From Nageia nagi (Eukaryota; Plantae; Pinophyta): a stretch of 64,000 bases of DNA. A program made the translations under genes and the position numbers. The DNA lies in contig JBITNC010000001.1 of NCBI GenBank assembly GCA_050084985.1, positions 149,048,001 to 149,112,000 on the forward strand, read 5' to 3'. The notes under the pieces were generated by a model. That model made no database searches, was not told the origin of the DNA, and was given only the letters and a program-made list of their open reading frames with translations. Numbering within the stretch: the stretch's first letter is position 1; the number at the start of each line of letters is the position of its first letter. Below, one piece after another: positions 12,097 to 25,180 of the stretch.

Positions 12097-13530
12097 TGTA
12101 TATTCATACATAATAAATTCTTTAGCAAAGCCCCAGTGTACCTTACGTGCAATCATGAGTTCATTTTAAGATCCCCGGGAGTTTTTTTAAGAGCAAACAA
12201 AATCGGAGCCAGTGAGCAAAACATTCCGGAGGTAAGAGATGATGTCAACGATTCCGGGCCTTAACCCAAAATTGGAGCTCGAAAGTGATGAGGTTAGCAA
12301 GGAGTGATCAAATAGTCAAATCCAGTGAGCAAAACATTTCGGAGGTAAGAGATGACATCAGCGATTCCAGGCCTTAACCCAAAACTAGAGCCTGAAAGTG
12401 ATGAGGTCAGCAAGGAGCGATCAAATAGCCGGAGCCAGCGAGTAAAACATTCTAGAGGTAATAGATGATGTCACGGGGAGAATGATGTTCACATTTTTGA
12501 ATGAAACTGGGTCCCAAAGATGATGAGGTCAGCAAGGAGTGATCGAATAGCCAAAGCCGGTGAGTAGAGCATTCCAGAATGTAGAGATGAGGCCAGTAAA
12601 GGGGGATCGAATAGCCGGATCTAATAAATAGAACATCATGGTAAAGACGATGCCAGCAAGAGGTTAGATCACAGTATCATCTGCAACCTACCCCATTTTT
12701 GTAATATTCTGCCAAGTGGTATATGTAGGTAGTATCAGTTAAAAGAAGGCTAGAATCTTGAAGCCATTTTTGTAAACGTTTCTGTTCTGCAATTCTTGTA
12801 ACTGTTGTTACTACAGTATAAGTATATGAAAATAAAGTGGAAAAAGGGTCAGAAGCCCTAGTATTGCTCTTTACATTTGTTCTCAAAGACCTATAGTTTT
12901 TATCAGTAATATGATACCATCTTGACCTTTCTTATCTAGCACTCGTAATTGTCATTCTTAATTTGGTTACATCATGGCAGCTTGGCTTGTTTCCTGAATG
13001 ATAATCGCGAGCTGCTAGTATAACTATGTCTACTACATGGTAGAGTAAAGCTGGGAAACTATTAGAGAGTGAGAGCTTGTACCGTAGCTACTACACTAGA
13101 TTCAGACCAAGGTTTCACGCACTGTGAAAGCCCGCGCTGAACTAGTGATCCACCTTTGCTTTCTCTCTTGTTACCCTAAGCCTTTTTGCTTAAATTCCTT
13201 GCACTCTACTCATTTTATTTCCTTTCCTGTTACCCTAGCCTTTTGCTTAAATCCCTTGTACTCTACTCCTTTTATTTCCTTTCCTGTTACCCTAACCTTT
13301 TGCTTAAATTCCTCGCACTCTACTCCTTTTTATTTCCCCTCTTGTTACCCTAACCCTTTTGCTTAAATTCCTCGCACTCTACTCTTTTATTTTCTTTCCT
13401 GTTACTTCTCCTACACCTAATGTATAAGGAACCGGCCTTCTCCGGAGATCAGACTGTCACCATAGTCTGTTCTTGATTTACTTTGGTTAAGATCATTCGC
13501 GATGCATATATTACACAATCCTAATCAACA
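12097..13530 (+). repeat. 3' LTR
   Basis: tgtatattcatac...cctaatcaaca followed by TSD gttac. Confidence 0.95.
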
Positions 13531-14620
13531 GTTACCTTTTCATCATCAATAAATTTTCGTAACTCTTTCCTCAAAGCAGTATAAGCATTAGTTATATGAC
13601 CATAAACCCTATGATAAATGCAAAAGGAATCTATAATAAATATGAATGACTATGATCAAACCCTTTTCTAAATAATCCTTGAATGTTTGATATGGAGCAA
13701 TGATCAATATCAAATAGTCTCTCTTAGGTGCTTCTTTAGTCTATTCCTTTGCTTTATCAATCACATCATTGACTTGCTTCTTGTATTTATTTAGAGTATT
13801 TTTTTATTGTATCCTTGGAAGAGGCTCCATATTTTAATGATCCAATCCCCACCATGATCTTCTCCTCATAAAGCAATTTGTAGGTCATATCTATGAAAAG
13901 TATATTCATGTAGTCCATCACCTATTGCTTTAAGGTAGGGATGATGTTGTCCATGAACATCAAGATAGTATTTTTTTTGTCAACACCCCTTTTAATAAGA
14001 ATCCAAAATTTTTAAACTATTGTGATGAAATTCTCTAACCTTTCATTAGGAACTTTCTTTCTACTCATGAGATCTAAAATTGTTACTAGCCTAGGAACAT
14101 CATACTTAAAGTGCTTTTGAAATATAACAACAAATATCTTAAATATGAAGTGATAAATCCCTGAGGAAAAGAAAAAATAACACTTTAATTTATCACCCTT
14201 CAATTTTGTTAGATAATATTTAGCCACTAAATTATGATTAATACCAACTTCAACTTAAACTTTATCTTAAAGGATAAAATATGTTGCATTAGATCTCCCT
14301 CTCCATTATAGACATCAAATGTTCATTCTACTTGATGCTATGGTGGGATTATATTATGGATCTCACTGGAAATAGGACTAAAATATTCCACAACTTTAGG
14401 GCCTTTATGGTATCTTTTCTCTTTATATCATTAATTTTTTTTGCCATATCATCTAGGGAATAAGATGTTTTCCAACTTTTATTATTATGCCCTCCTTGAT
14501 CATTTTGATCTTCATTATTTAAAATATATTTAAAATTTCCTAAAACAATATGGTTGATAAGAAATTGGATCTCATGGGATGATCTAAAAATAAAAATTGA
14601 CCACAAAATCATAATATAGG
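13531..14620 (-). mobile_element. Old Tat-like gag remnant (continuation of 8218-8858)
   Basis: ORF 14012-14227 AKYYLTKLKGDKLKCYF...FQKHFKYDVPRLVTILDLMSRK..PNERLENFI resembles Retrotrans_gag. Same strand as the protease remnant on the other side of the GTTAC insertion. Confidence 0.6.
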
Positions 14621-14635
14621 ATCATCAAGTCCTGA

Positions 14636-15842
14636 TGTTAGGTCTAGGGCATCAACATACAACCATGCAAACCCTCAAATACCAATGTTAGGGTTAGAAC
14701 AACCAATAATCATCACAATAAGGTAATTATGCCAATGTCTAGCACATACATTAGAATAGCAATGAAAAATACATCATAAAGGCAACATTTGGCAATTATA
14801 AGCATATATAAAAGACTACAATCATAAAGCACCAATGTATGGCTCATTCATACACAATGAAGTATTAACAATCCAACGCATGAAAAAGATGAAGCATTAC
14901 AACATAATCATAATATCTAAGTGCCCTATGGCTATATAAATGATATGCAATGATAGCAAGTACAATACCAAGCATAATGGGCAATCATTGGTCTTAAGGG
15001 AGCCAACTAGGGCACAACACTCTATAATCTCCAATGTCGAACAACTGTAGAACCATGAGATAAATTCACTCCCTCATATACCAAATCCCATCCATTGAAG
15101 GAGTACTCCTTGAAACTTGGATAACCATTGAAGGTAGAAGTAAACCCTCTAAATGCCACCAGATGGGCAAAGGTGTTCCATTAATTCCATACATAATCAA
15201 GATCCCAATGCCTGACTACCCTCTAAATGCTTTGCCTAGGAATGGAATGCTTAGAACCGCTAAGACTTGTGTTTGAAGGACTATAATAGAAGTAATGTGT
15301 AATAATGGTTGTCCAATATTGAAGCTCTAATATCTATTTATACATTACTTGTGTTTGAATCTCACCTAGGAGTCATCCCAAGACCATCTAATCCAACATT
15401 GGGTATTTGGGAGGCCTAATCACTTAAAGTGCCAACATAGGGGTCATGATCACACATAATGCCAATGTGGGGGTCATGATCACTTAATGAGCTGACATGG
15501 GATCCCTAACACTTAAAGTGCCAACATGGAGGTCCTAGAGTCCTTAAGAGCCAACATGAGGGTATGGGGCCCTCCCTAGTGTGGTGCTAGCATGTTGGTG
15601 ACCTTCCATCATCCTAATTTACAAATATACCTTGGGATTCCCATAATCTAGGATCTCCAATGCAACACATGCCTAGTCTACTACTCAAAAGGTAGACGTC
15701 CCACTTGGGGTTCACAATGGGTCCCACATGACCCATTAAACCTCCTATCTTAAGTTACAATAATGTAAATGCAAATACATCAAATAGATATAGTACAAGA
15801 TGACTAAAATGGTCCCAATAAAAGTACAAAAGGGATATCACA
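14636..15842 (-). repeat. Probable solo LTR (Gypsy-type) containing ~30-bp tandem repeats
   Basis: Minus strand starts TGTGATATCCC at 15842 and has TATAAATAG near 15335. gccaacatgggggtc-type ~30-bp units at 15421-15570. Left end and TSD uncertain. Confidence 0.45.
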
Positions 15843-17299
15843 TCTTATTATAATCCATTTATCAAATGCTTAAATTTCAAGATTAGTTATATCCAAAAAA
15901 CATATTTTTTTTTACATACCTAATGGAAATACAAGTGTAATATAAAATATGATGGGTTTACCAAATTGTTAATACAAAAAAATGATTTTGATTAATCAAT
16001 AATAAATTTATAATAAAATAAACTAATTAAATAAATGGTTTAATTAAATCAAATATTAATTAAAAAATACTATAAACATATTATTTACAAAATTTTGAGT
16101 AGATCATAGTCTAGATTTTCACCCAATAGGATCAAGATGACTTACTTTTGAAGTTTGAACCTTTGTTCTCATAAATTGTAGTATGTTAACATATTTCATT
16201 CTCTCATTCATTTCTTCAAAATTGAGTTCATTATCAAGGCTTTCTATTAATACGTTAGGTCTAAACTACATTATTGTGAAATATGTAATGCATTAATGAG
16301 CAATAAGGATGTAAATCTAGACTTGATAGGTGGTGTTGAAGAACACCAAACATATAATTCATGATATTTTTTTTATCAAGGTCTAGATTTTGATTTACAT
16401 CACATCCTTCCTCCCTTTTATAGATCAAGTTATACCATTGGACAAGATACCTTAGGTTGCACTCTTTGGACCTATCACACAAAGAATAGAAATGAGCAAA
16501 ATGCTTTTTATTCAAGAAATATAGTTTAAATATAACAATAAATCTATTAAATCAATTAATTTACTTAGATATCTAAATTTTAAATAAATAAAAAATCAAC
16601 TTTAGTTGTTAACAACATTAACTAAGGATTTAGGAGGATTATTGGGAGGATTTGGAGGTGGAGGTCATATGTGTGAGGCTTTATGGGGCTTTAGGAACAT
16701 TTATGAGGGTTGGTGTTAAGATCGAATAGGATAAGATTAAGGAGGTTGAGATGATTATTAGGATGGGATTAGGATTAACCAAGATATAAGGGAATATGAT
16801 ATGTTAATAATGATATAGATTAGAATATGATTAGGGTAGGATTAAGGTGTAGGAGGATATCATTAGGGGCTAGATTTGGGCTAATTTGAGTTTAGGAATA
16901 TTCAAATGGATATGAGATTTAATGGAGGGTATTTTCATGGAAAAGGTGGAAGATAGTAGCATAATAATAAGAGAGGTTGATAAGATTTTTTGGATTTTTA
17001 TTTTTAGAGTGGACATGTAGGATGTTGATGTGACTTTTAGCATTTTAAATGCTTAGCCTTTTATGGTTATGATTTGGGGTTAAATTCTAGCATATGAATC
17101 TAGAATGGGTTAAGATGGGTTATTTTAATGTTAGGTTAGGGTGACGGATTAAAATAATAGATAAATTAGGAGAGCAGATTTTCAATATCTACAGACAAAG
17201 AAAAATCTCTTATTTACAAAAGGGATAATGATGATTTCAAATTCCTATAAAGTACAACATGATATAAAGAGGTAAGCCTTAATGTATGATGTATTAAGC

Positions 17300-17860
17300 G
17301 AAGTGCATGATCTTAGGAATGAGGCATAACTTCCAAATAATATAGTTTCTTTTTCTCTAATATCTAATTGGAGATGTCATTTTTCATTCAAGTTATCCAC
17401 CATAGGAAAATATAGTAACAACTACCTATATCCATCTTGGTCTTATATTCTAAGAAAGGTTTTTTTGCATGCCAATATCAATCTTTCCACTATGACCTTT
17501 ATGAAATGATATTAATCTATTATAGTTCATATACTATGTCATCTTGTAAATAATAATAAGTAATTTCATCTAACTCTGTAAGCCTATATTTTTTTTTAAT
17601 ATATGGACATAGGATAAAATACTCAATTGAGTAATAGGTAACACAAGTCATACAATTCCCCTATGTAAAAAATAAAGAAGGTAAGAATATAACCATCTTG
17701 TTGAAAAAGTGATGACCATTAAAATTACATGATATACCACATCAAGTTTTAGACTTTACTAATAAAGAAAAGCTTTGATATACTCTTAAGCCTTCCAAAT
17801 ATTCTTAACAAATAAATAACATATAATTCTTATAGGTTCAAGAATAACTAATAGAGTTTG
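17300..17860 (-). mobile_element. Highly decayed Gypsy integrase-core remnant
   Basis: Minus strand shows fragments resembling IWEGLSMD...VVDRFSKMAIFIP (KNIWK/E..., FNKMVIFLP near 17680-17810). Confidence 0.35.
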
Positions 17861-18163
17861 GAAACTAATATCTCATCAAGTTTATTTCTCGTAAGGGAAC
17901 TTATAAAAATTATAATATAATAGAAACAATTTATGTACCTCCTTTCCTTTCAAATTATTTGATTTTCCATTCAACAAATAATATTAGACTTTGTTGAAAA
18001 CTATTAATCATACCTATGCTTCCATATTTAGGTAGAAGTATCATAAGCAACTTTATGAAAACTATACCCAAAGGAAGAATACTAAAGAAAATCACACAAT
18101 AAGTATTCTAACCTCTTATAATAGGTAATATAAGGAACCTAATAAGAGGATTAATAGATATAA

Positions 18164-18165
<2 letters not shown>

Positions 18166-18212
<47 letters not shown>
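18166..18212. repeat. (TA)n microsatellite, ~23 units
   Basis: Uninterrupted TA run. Confidence 0.98.
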
Positions 18213-18215
<3 letters not shown>

Positions 18216-20661
18216 CATTTTAAGCACTAAAATTGGACCAAGAAAAAAGATGTTAAGCTCTTTTAGTAGTTGGAAAAAACTAGATCTTTGAATGACCTCC
18301 TCTTATAAGGATAAACTAAAAAAATAAGATCTTTGAATATGCTACTAAAATGATACAATCTTTGGAAATGGTGAAGGAATATGCTACCATATACTACTAA
18401 GATAAATTATATAAAGTAGAAATGATAGAAACTAGGATAACTAGGTAAAATAGAAATGGAAAGAACTATCATAAACTAGATCTGTGAATATGCTACCAAA
18501 ATGACATGATATTTTAATTGAAGGTGAAGGAAGAGCTTGCTCCACTCAAGTTTCAAACATACTCTCTTAATATCTAATGATGAAATTTGTTATTAAAGGT
18601 GTATGGTTGAATAATTGTGTTAGTTGAGAGGAGTATTAATTTGATTCTTAATCTTTTGGCATTAATTATGTAAAGAAAACATCTTAGGTTTTAAAATTTT
18701 AAAGGGAAATGGTGACATAAATTAACTAATGTTATGATTCAAACCAACATTTTTTCCTTTAATATTTATTTTATCCAACCATTCATAATGGAAAATCCAA
18801 TCCTTGCACTAGTACTTGTTGAATCACCTAAATTTTTTAACCAATAGAGGATAATTGTGTATCATATGATTTAGAGATTAGTAATATAAACAAGTATTAG
18901 GTAAATTGATGTAAGTTATAATTATGGACAATGTTGTAAATCTATTTATACATCCACATACTCCTTCAAATCTTGAGAAAAATTAACTTCAATGCATACA
19001 CATTCTCAAGATCAAATAGAGTAAAATAATAATTATTTATGGAAAATAATATAACTTAAAGGCTTAGTTAAATGCTCTATAAATGACCATAAAAATAATA
19101 GCAAACCAAATAATTCCACCTACACTTTTTTTAGAATAGAATGAGTAAAAAATAACAAAATATTTTATTTAATGGGAAGAAACAAACAAGGAACAAAGGA
19201 TATAAGAAGGGCCACAACTAATAATAACATCATGATGCTTAATAATAATAAAATGAAATGAAAAAAACACTTAGTTAAAATCTATATTCTATCTAATTTA
19301 ATCCTACATGAATCTTAAGAGAAATTAGTCCAAGCATGAAAATTTACTTCATAAGGAATTTGACTAACAAAGCAGACTACAGATCAAGGTAAAACACTTA
19401 AGCTAATTGCATGTATTTTCAAATTCTTGATACAATACAACATCCAAGATAGTATTAGTACCAATGTCCATCCATGATAGGGGAGTTGGGGAAGTAATGG
19501 GAATGTTCCATGGGAGATCCATGTTCAAATCTTCCCACCACACACATGGTTAAACATGTAAAAGAGTTTAAGTACCCTTCTCTAAAATTGAAAAAGTGGT
19601 TTTCAATATTCCAAAAAAATAATAATATTAATACCAAATTAAACTTTATGAATCATTGCAATAAAGCACAATACTAATGCAAAGATAAAATTTATCTTTT
19701 CCTTGAATTTTTTCAAACTTTTCTTATATTATATCATATTATAATTTGAAAAAATGATACTATAAAAGCTATAGTACAAATAAATAATTTACATTTTTCT
19801 TGTTGGAAACCACCTCTTTTGGAGATTATCTTTAGAATTAGATTCCATGTTGGAGGGGTTCTCTTTCATCAAAGTTACTCGAGAGTTGTATCCAACCTCA
19901 TCCATGCCATGATGGACTTGAGAGTTTTAATTCACCCAATCCTCTCCAACTTCCTTAATATGATTAAATATCACCTTATTTTCTATAAATTTTATTTCAA
20001 ACTTATTTTAATCTCTCATTGAAAATAAACTATTCTAAACTTGTAATATCCTATATATTAGAATACAATTATACATTTAAATTATTATATATAATTTTCT
20101 ATTTTTAAAAAAATGCATTCTCGATTTCAAATGTTAAATGAATTTTACATGTAAATGCAAATCTCAAGAACATAAAACCACCTCATTAGCTATGCAATTT
20201 TAATCAAAATTCATACACTTCTTTTAATATTCTTATGTCTCAATTGTTGGTTGAGTTAGTCATATATTGATCGTCTCATATTCTATTCCCAATACTAGTA
20301 TGCATACTACAAACTGTTCATACCATATATCAATGAATGTTAATATAATTTACTTTTACCTTTATTAAAACAAATCCATATTAAAATAATTTATTTATTT
20401 ATTTATAATTAAACAAAACTATCCCTTTATGTACAAATCACAATCTCACTACGTAAGCCATACATAGCAAATGACGCTTAACCATCACATCGCTTTCCGT
20501 CTAAATCAAGGCCTGCCTTCCAGAAATTCCGATTCTTGCATGACAACATTTTTTCTTGATTAAGGCTCTTTTTCCCAACGACCATAAATGCCCATTTAGT
20601 CCATCTGGTTTTTTTCGTGCCAAGTTCCTCCTGTAGCAAGATAAGCTATTAGATTTTCAAT

Positions 20662-23600
20662 ATGGATGGAGTGTGCCTTGCTGTCTTACCTAATGCTCCG
20701 CAGTTCCAGGTACAAATTATCAGTCTTATTCTAATATATCATTTGCATGCATGTTTCAGGGAGTGTGTATTTCACCCACTTTTACAACTTGTGTTTCAGT
20801 TGGTAGAGCCATTGACTGGGACGATCCGGAAACTGGATGATTTTCAAGGCCATCCTGCCCTGTTGGTAAGATATTCATCTCTTTCTTAGCAAATACCATT
20901 TCACTCTGCCTAAGTGAATTAGGATATGAATTAATAGTGTATGATTGATTGTTTAGGTGATGTTTATATGCAACCACTGCCCATTTGTGGTTCACTTGAA
21001 AAAGGATATTGCCAAGCTTGCAAATGATTACATGCCAGTAAGTTTTTCTCCCTTAAAAGATACTATCATACTACCATCTTTTTCTTTATTATATTATGTA
21101 CAACTTGATACAATAACATTTTCAATTTTGTATGGTGTTTTGTGTTTTTGAATTTTCTAAATGAATATTTATTGTGGATGTGATACAGAAAGGGCTTGGA
21201 GTTGTGGCAATATCTTCTAATTCTACTGCCACACACCCTCAGGTATGCATATATTGGTCTTTCTAACGAAACCCTAATTATTATTTTTTCCTTATTTCTT
21301 TGCCCAGAAATTGAATTGGGAACTGAAAGAAGAAATTCTTGATGGGTGTAAGACCAAAAATGTTGGGCTTAGGCTTTTCTCCAAAAGATGAAGCCGGATG
21401 TAAATTCCATGAAAATGTAATGTACTTGAAATGACAGCTAATTAATGTCTAACTCCATTGTGATGGGTTTTCCGAATTTGCTGCAGGATGGTCCGGAATT
21501 TATGGCTGAAGATGCCAAGAAGTATGGCTATCAGTTTCCATATCTTTACGATGAGGTGAGCAATGATTGCTTTCCTATATTTGTTTTAGAGTTTAGACTT
21601 ATCATTTTCCTTGATCTTGCAATGATCATTGATGTATACCTTCTTTTTTTCGTGCTTCTATGTAAACAATCTACTTTTGTCCCATTATACACACTTGGTC
21701 ATCAGACTGTTGGCATTTAATCTTTGCAGGTACTCCTATTGGTGAAACATGATCGTTCTCAATCTTTTAAAAACTAATGAAATTGAATTGAACTTTAAAA
21801 GTGTAGGACTGTAACTTATAACTGAAATCAGGGTCAGAAGATTTTGTAGTTCCAATATATGGAATGATTTTTTTTCTCTTATGTTTGTATCCACATGGGA
21901 AACATATTGTTTTTCAATGGATCAAAAAGAATGCCTTGAAACTCAATCTCGAAGGCATTTCCTAAAACAATGCCGAATATTGTGGAAGCATATGAAAAAC
22001 AGTCCACTTCAGACTCACAGGTGGTTGGTATGTAAGTTTTTGTTGTCCAATCAAAAATTGCACAATCTGCTCAAAGTCGAATTGGTTCTGCTTTAGGGCA
22101 TTGAGAATTCTTACGCTATACAGACTTAAATCTTAGATGGAATTCATCATTGGCTTGTCTATAGTATCTCTGCTAGCCTTAGTATCCGATGTAGGGAACT
22201 ATTAATGTCCATATAAGTTCATACAAATTATAATGTAAACCCTATTCTGTGCATTCATATCAATGGAAATGCATTCAATGGGAAAATCGTAGTGAGTATT
22301 ATCCCTACTAGTTGGAGTCAAGGCCTTATTTAAGCTGTTTCAAGTTCAAACTTTAGCTTCTTTTCTTACAAATTGATCTCTTTCTATTTGAAGATATACC
22401 TCAACATTTGGAGAAGAACCGTGTCAAATGCATAGCTATAGGGATATATTTTAATTGACCCTCTGTTTTCCATTTGTATTAAAGCTGTATTTCTTACAAA
22501 TCTATTTAATAAATCCTATCTTTGAAAAGTATTTCTATTATCAACTGGCACATTTGGCTGTCTTATGCATCCTGGTTATCATTTTCTCAAAAATACCTAC
22601 ACGTAAGAATGATAATGAGATTCTTAGAACTTTCTAGAATGGTTTTTAAGTTTAAGATTCTGTGAGCTTTATAATTTATCATGTCTTGGGCTCCGGTATT
22701 TAGAATTTGCCGCACCTTACAGCCTTCCCATTGTAATTGCCATTGTGGCATGCTCTACAATCAGCATCAAATCACTCACCTATCTGTTCTACCTGCTTCA
22801 CTTAGCAAGCTCTAGAGACACTCCCATAATACTTGAATCTGGTAAGATACCCTTTTCATTATAGATGCTTATAAGATTGAAGAATTAAAACTTATATAGT
22901 TTAATACTTCAATATAGTTGAAACATAGTTACAAAAGTCACGCTATTTGGTTCATGTGGCCAAATATTTGTCTAGTCAATAAAAAAACCAAATAATTACA
23001 AATTTTTTGACAATATTGACAAATTTTGAGAATATGTGATTTTTGCCGAATAGTAACCTTGCATGATAATCATTGAATAATCGCTATTTCATGCAAAATT
23101 TAACAGTTTTTTTATCCAAAGTTTTTGCCAATTTTAACTGATTTTTTCTGCAGTCCTAGTTTTTCCAAGCCAAAGGCATGCCAGGTAATTGCTAAGTGTG
23201 CATTTGACTACTATTGTCAAAATAAAGTTATTGCCGAGTGTTGCTTTGAAGAGAAGGATTGGGTATTGAATTCAAGATAACACAAAATTTATGGACATAA
23301 AAGAAAAATTATTTTAGTTGTTCCATGCATATAGGTATGTTAAGTGTTCTACCCAGTATCCATATCAAAATCTAAAGAGGATGAATATTTGTGATCTTTT
23401 ACCAATTCTAACAGTATATTTTACTATGTTGATCAGTTTGTGTAATCTAATGTTTGGATGATTGTGTTGTAGCCATTGTCATTAAAGTATACACTGTCAT
23501 GTGAACAAGAGAAACCAGATCATTGCTATTGTCTAGATATGTGTAATTAGATTGATTAAGGTGCAATGTTGTGCAGATATTATATGCATTTTGAAATGTA

Positions 23601-25180
23601 TGAATCTTATATAAGCATTGGATATCACTTAAACCCTTAAAAAACTTTTCTGCATACAGAGAACCATTGGAAGTACTTGATACAATGGCAGCTCAGTAGA
23701 GGAGAGGTGCCAATAGTTGTACACCTTAATCATACTCATTAACTAAGGTCACATGGTGGCTAGTGCCACACCGGCTCACATACATGAACATAGTGCAAGT
23801 CAATGATGTGGCCACAGGAAAATTTTCTTTCATTCCTCTTGGTTCACCTTAGATGCTGTTTTAACTCTACTTATTGAAGGATACCAATGTTATATGTAAA
23901 ACAAAACTTGGAACATTTTCTTTTGCATGTAATCTCCAGTAGTTCATTTACTTTTTCTTATAAATTGTGTATGTAACAACCATGCAAATGCCACATTGGC
24001 ATCTAATAACTGCTTTAGAGATAGATTAGCATATAACCATGTTCAACCATTATTATTTCTACATGATAGCATATTATAGTAGCAAACTTTTCTCACAGAA
24101 CCAACATATATACGAGAAACCTTTATGGTTAACTCATTGGCAGTCATCTTTTCAAATAGTAGTTATAAATGTTCAAAGTCCAGGTTTAAATTTATCACTT
24201 GTTGGATCAAAGAATATCAATAACCTCATAGCTATCTGTCCTTGTACTACTATTGACTCCTCTAATGTAGCCATTTTATGGCATTTGTTTCAGACACAAG
24301 AAGTGGCACGGGCTTATGGAGCTGTGTGTACTCCTGAATTTTTCCTTTTCAAAAAGGTGCAGAGCAAATCTGGTTACACAGCCTTTAATGCAGCATTTCA
24401 GATCAGATATTCTCTGAAACTTGTAAATAACTCTTATGTCTATGAAGTTAAACATGGACTTATTGTTTACTGGATAGGGTGGAAATCAACAATTTGAGCT
24501 TGCTTATCATGGACGCTTTGATGATTCCCGACCCAATAATGGAAGACCTATTACAGGAAGGTATGATTTTCTGAAAGACCAAACTTGAAAGTTTAATTGT
24601 CGTCTTTCTTTGAAACTCACCAATGGATTGTAGCCTCATTCAAAACTGGACGATTAACAAATATTTGTGTTTGCAGCGACCTAAGGCAGGCAATAGACTG
24701 TGTTCTAAGTGGCCAACCAGTCAATGCTGAACAAAAGCCAAGGTGTGTAAAACTTATGTCTCTCTTAACTTTTGTCAGATTTAAATATAAAGCTAACCTG
24801 TTTGGTCATAATATGTTAGAAGTAAAACCTTAAATGGAAGTTTAATAAAGTTGATTTTATTATTAGTCATATAGATGTAAGGTTAAGAAAGATTGGTGTT
24901 GAAAAAAAAGGGTAAGACATTTGAAACTTGACTCAATTGATTAACATCCTATCCTAGATGTTACTGTTGTTAGATGGATAAAGTCCTTTGAGTAGTTATA
25001 CGAGCTTAATTTAGTAAATCAAAAAACGTATAAATATATTCATAGTATGCAAATTGTCAAGCCTTCAGCTCATGCAACATAATAATTCTTTAAATATAGA
25101 AATTTTGTCCTTACATATTATGATGTTGTACTTGCAGCATTGGATGCAGCATTAAGTGGCACCCCACTCGCAACGTATGA
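20662..25180 (+). CDS. Thioredoxin-superfamily AhpC/TSA (peroxiredoxin-like, CxxC) protein, 190 aa, similar to Arabidopsis At1g21350-type proteins; join(20662-20709,20800-20865,20957-21037,21189-21242,21487-21555,24294-24356,24478-24560,24677-24742,25138-25180)
   Basis: All 8 introns are GT-AG and phases are consistent (573 nt). Protein: MDGVCLAVLPNAPQFQLVEPLTGTIRKLDDFQGHPALLVMFICNHCPFVVHLKKDIAKLANDYMPKGLGVVAISSNSTATHPQDGPEFMAEDAKKYGYQFPYLYDETQEVARAYGAVCTPEFFLFKKGGNQQFELAYHGRFDDSRPNNGRPITGSDLRQAIDCVLSGQPVNAEQKPSIGCSIKWHPTRNV. Family motifs FICNHCPFV, FPYLYD, CTPEFF, G.FDDSRP and GCSIKW are present. Confidence 0.95.

Larger units (their letters stand above)
8859..13530 (+). mobile_element. Young non-autonomous Tat/Ogre-like Gypsy LTR element (gag only plus integrase tail), 4672 bp
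   Basis: Two 1434-bp highly similar LTRs (8859-10292, 12097-13530) with TG...CA ends (5' LTR end mutated to TA). Perfect 5-bp TSD GTTAC at 8854-8858 and 13531-13535. PBS and gag ORF present. Confidence 0.95.

Noticed and set aside
9439-13366. Duplicated ORF pairs (9439-9717/12677-12886 and 9886-10128/13124-13366) as paralogous small genes
   Set aside because: They lie inside the two LTRs. The repetitive peptide simply reflects the 58-bp tandem repeat.
19440-20000. Possible LINE 3' fragment upstream of the gene
   Set aside because: Too decayed to support any motif by eye.
24039-24497. 152-aa ORF as a separate gene
   Set aside because: It is exon 6 of the AhpC/TSA gene read through flanking intron sequence.
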